From Camelus dromedarius (Eukaryota), in the NCBI RefSeq assembly GCF_036321535.1, contig NC_087437.1, positions 80,788,001 to 80,852,000 of the forward strand: 64,000 bases of DNA. The letters are read 5' to 3'. A program made the translations under genes and the position numbers. Every line of letters begins with the position of its first letter. Within the stretch, counting starts at the first letter, position 1. Positions 61,526-64,000 of this stretch are shown piece by piece. The notes under the pieces were generated by a model that saw only the letters and a program-made list of their open reading frames with translations, made no database searches and had not been told where the DNA came from.

Positions 61526-63494
61526 GTGGTGATTTTTTTGGTATACAAGATAGTTTGCTGGGGTTGTAGTTTTCCCATATTCACAACACTGGTTAAATGT
61601 AGGTTTAGAATTCAAACTCTCCACCTACTTGGTTCAGGGAGTGGTGACTTAGTCATTTCTTCAGAAAATGCTGTGAAAAGTTCACAGAAAGACAGATAAA
61701 TTATTTCAATGAAACAAAATTTTGTACGCATTTGCCATCTACTAACAAATAAATGCTATTTCCAATGTTTGCTGCACAGCCAAGGAAGAATGTGTTCCAT
61801 GGCATGGTTTTAACTTGACAATATTTGGAGAAATGAGCATCTTTGAGAAACTATATACAGTGTGTCATTTTTCTTGAGGGAACATTAAACTTAATTTCTT
61901 TTTAATTTATAGTTGTTATTCTTTTAAATTGAAAATTTTTGACCAGTTAATACATAGATGGTACGTGGTACCACGTTCAAAGGACAAAAGGACATCCAAT
62001 GAAAAGTAAATTTCCCTCTTATTGGAAGTATTTTAAAAAAGAGGTTTCTTTAAAGAATTGTACAGTAGCCCATCCCACAACTTTAGTTTCTGGAAGAATT
62101 CTATATAGGAGTTGAACTCAAGATTCTTTCCATCGGAAATGACCCATTCTTGGCCCTCTTCTTGTGTGATTTTGCTCTTGTGTAGACAGTAGGGCATTGA
62201 GTGCCCGTCTACCCTCTCTGCCCAGTGAGAGTGCACATCATTCCTTCCTGTTTATTTCTTTTCCATCCCTCTTGATGGGGTTCTCCTTGGCCAAGTTTTT
62301 TAATTCCATTACCTTGGACTAATTTCTTCCTCTAGACACTGTGTCTAGATGAGAAATAAAAATGTGCATCTTTCAGCCAAAGAGCATCATTGCAGCCATC
62401 AGACATGGGGAGTGTAGGCCAGATGATTGATTTTCCTAGCTGTGTGGCCAAGCTGTGAGTCTGGGTGGTATGTGGAAGAAATGTTAGCCAGGCCAGTGGC
62501 CACCTGGCATCAGATAGTGTCTTGGATCAGCTGTTTGGTTCTTTCTGCCCTTGGATTAAGGAATTTTTAATAAACCTCTGTGTTTGGGTAAACAATTGCT
62601 CAGAATGACTGCACATTTGGAGAAAGTCTAATAAACACTCTGAAAAACATTTCCAGTAGGGACTTTATGAGGTAGGTAGCTATTGGCTTGAAGTTATTTG
62701 AGGGCAGCGAAGGGTCTGGGCCTACACGAAACAATTCCTTCTCTGGCCTGTTTCTACATCCCCATCCCTTTACCCAGAATAAAATGTCTCCCAGTAACCA
62801 CTTCTCTGTGCGAAACTGCAGAGTCAGGATCATGTCTAAGAAGGTCCTGTCGCATGTTTACTGCAAACTGAAGGAGGCCATTTAGCTCTCTCCCTGCAGG
62901 ACACAGTCACGGGGATTGTTCCTTCTGTACTATTTCTTAGCAAATACAGGAAGATACCCAGGGGAAAAGGAAGCCTGCTTGGGAAGGATTGAGGTGTAGG
63001 GGCTGTTACTCTTTTTTTATGAGAAGAGTAAGATAAACTTGGGACAACACCAAGAATGACATCAGGGCAGGAAAGGTCATTGTGATAGGCTTGGGCATGT
63101 GGATACCTGAAGACAGCCATGGTATCAACACAGCATCCTTGCATAGTGCTCTGTGTTCTGCAGGCTGCTGTATGTTGGTTTGCTAACAGCAGTCATGTGG
63201 GCGAGCATCTCCATTTTATAGATGAAGCCCAGGAGGGTAAGTAACTTGTTCATTGTTATTTCAGCTTCTAGGAGTAGAAGGGAAAATCAGGTTTCCTTCC
63301 TTTGAAGTGTTCCTTCCTTTATATCACACAGCATTCCCTTCATTCTAAATCAGGTGAGAAGTTGTGGTGAGCCTCACAGTTTTCCCAGTCCTGGCCCCAA
63401 TTTTAAACTATATTTATCATGAGTCAAAGGAAAGAGAATGAGACATGTAATTCTGTGGGAAGCATTTGGGTGTCAGTGTTAGAAAGATTGGAAA

Positions 63495-63690
63495 TTAAAT
63501 AAATTCTGATTCAGTCACTCACCAAATGCATAATCCTGGGCAAGTTAGTTGACGTCTCGGAGCCTCAGTTTTCTCAACTGTAGAACTGGGAATATATATA
63601 CCTCTTGGGAGTGTTGAAAGGACTAGAAGTAATATTTCAAAGCACTAGTCACAGAGCAGTCACTCAATAAATTGCACCTATTATTAATCT
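63495..63690 (+). mobile_element. MIR SINE
   Basis: ctgggcaagttagttgacgtctcggagcctcagttttctcaactgtagaactggg...cactcaataaa. Confidence 0.78.
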
Positions 63691-64000
63691 TAATGTTAAT
63701 AAAGTGGAATGACTTCTTACAACTGGACACCTGTAGCTAACTGGGGGTGATGGATTAGAATACCTATATGGTGCTTAGAATCAAGAGATGACAAAGCCCC
63801 AGATGAGATGGGTTTAGTGTTAATAATGAGATGCAGTTGTACAGTATTTTGCAGTTAATGGAGTACTATCAGCTACATTCATTTTTATCTTACAAAAGCT
63901 GATGTGGTTGTTGGGCAGGGAAGCACTAGTGCTATGAAAGAAGACTTGTGCATGGCCACCCTGCCAGCTAAAAGAGCTGGGACTGACCCTCACTCTTCGG

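Noticed and set aside
1..64000. CRISPR array, operon, defence system or other novel multi-gene system
   Set aside because: Sequence is mammalian intron-exon DNA explained by SENP7, IMPG2 and common repeats; no regularly spaced repeat-spacer array seen

Overview
AT-rich mammalian genomic DNA, most likely camelid (it carries four tRNA-Ala-derived vic-1-type SINEs). Two + strand genes lie in tandem. (1) The last 17 coding exons of SENP7 (SUMO-specific protease; 2148-33166, stop at 33164-33166, 3'UTR to about 34870). These exons splice in frame at GT-AG sites and carry an intact His/Asp/Cys catalytic triad. (2) About 2 kb downstream, the promoter and first 8 coding exons of IMPG2 (interphotoreceptor matrix proteoglycan 2; ATG at 37086), which continues past the window end. 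The introns are filled with L1, L2, MIR, LTR and Tigger/hAT DNA-transposon remnants; repeat subfamily names are recalled from consensus sequences, not searched. I see no evidence of a new multi-gene system. The most notable items are a 24-nt in-frame Cys-x4-Cys IMPG2 micro-exon (49933-49956), a tailless retroposed 5' half of tRNA-Ile(TAT) with a perfect 17-bp target-site duplication (39432-39501), and a still-readable fossil Tigger/pogo transposase in the last SENP7 intron.
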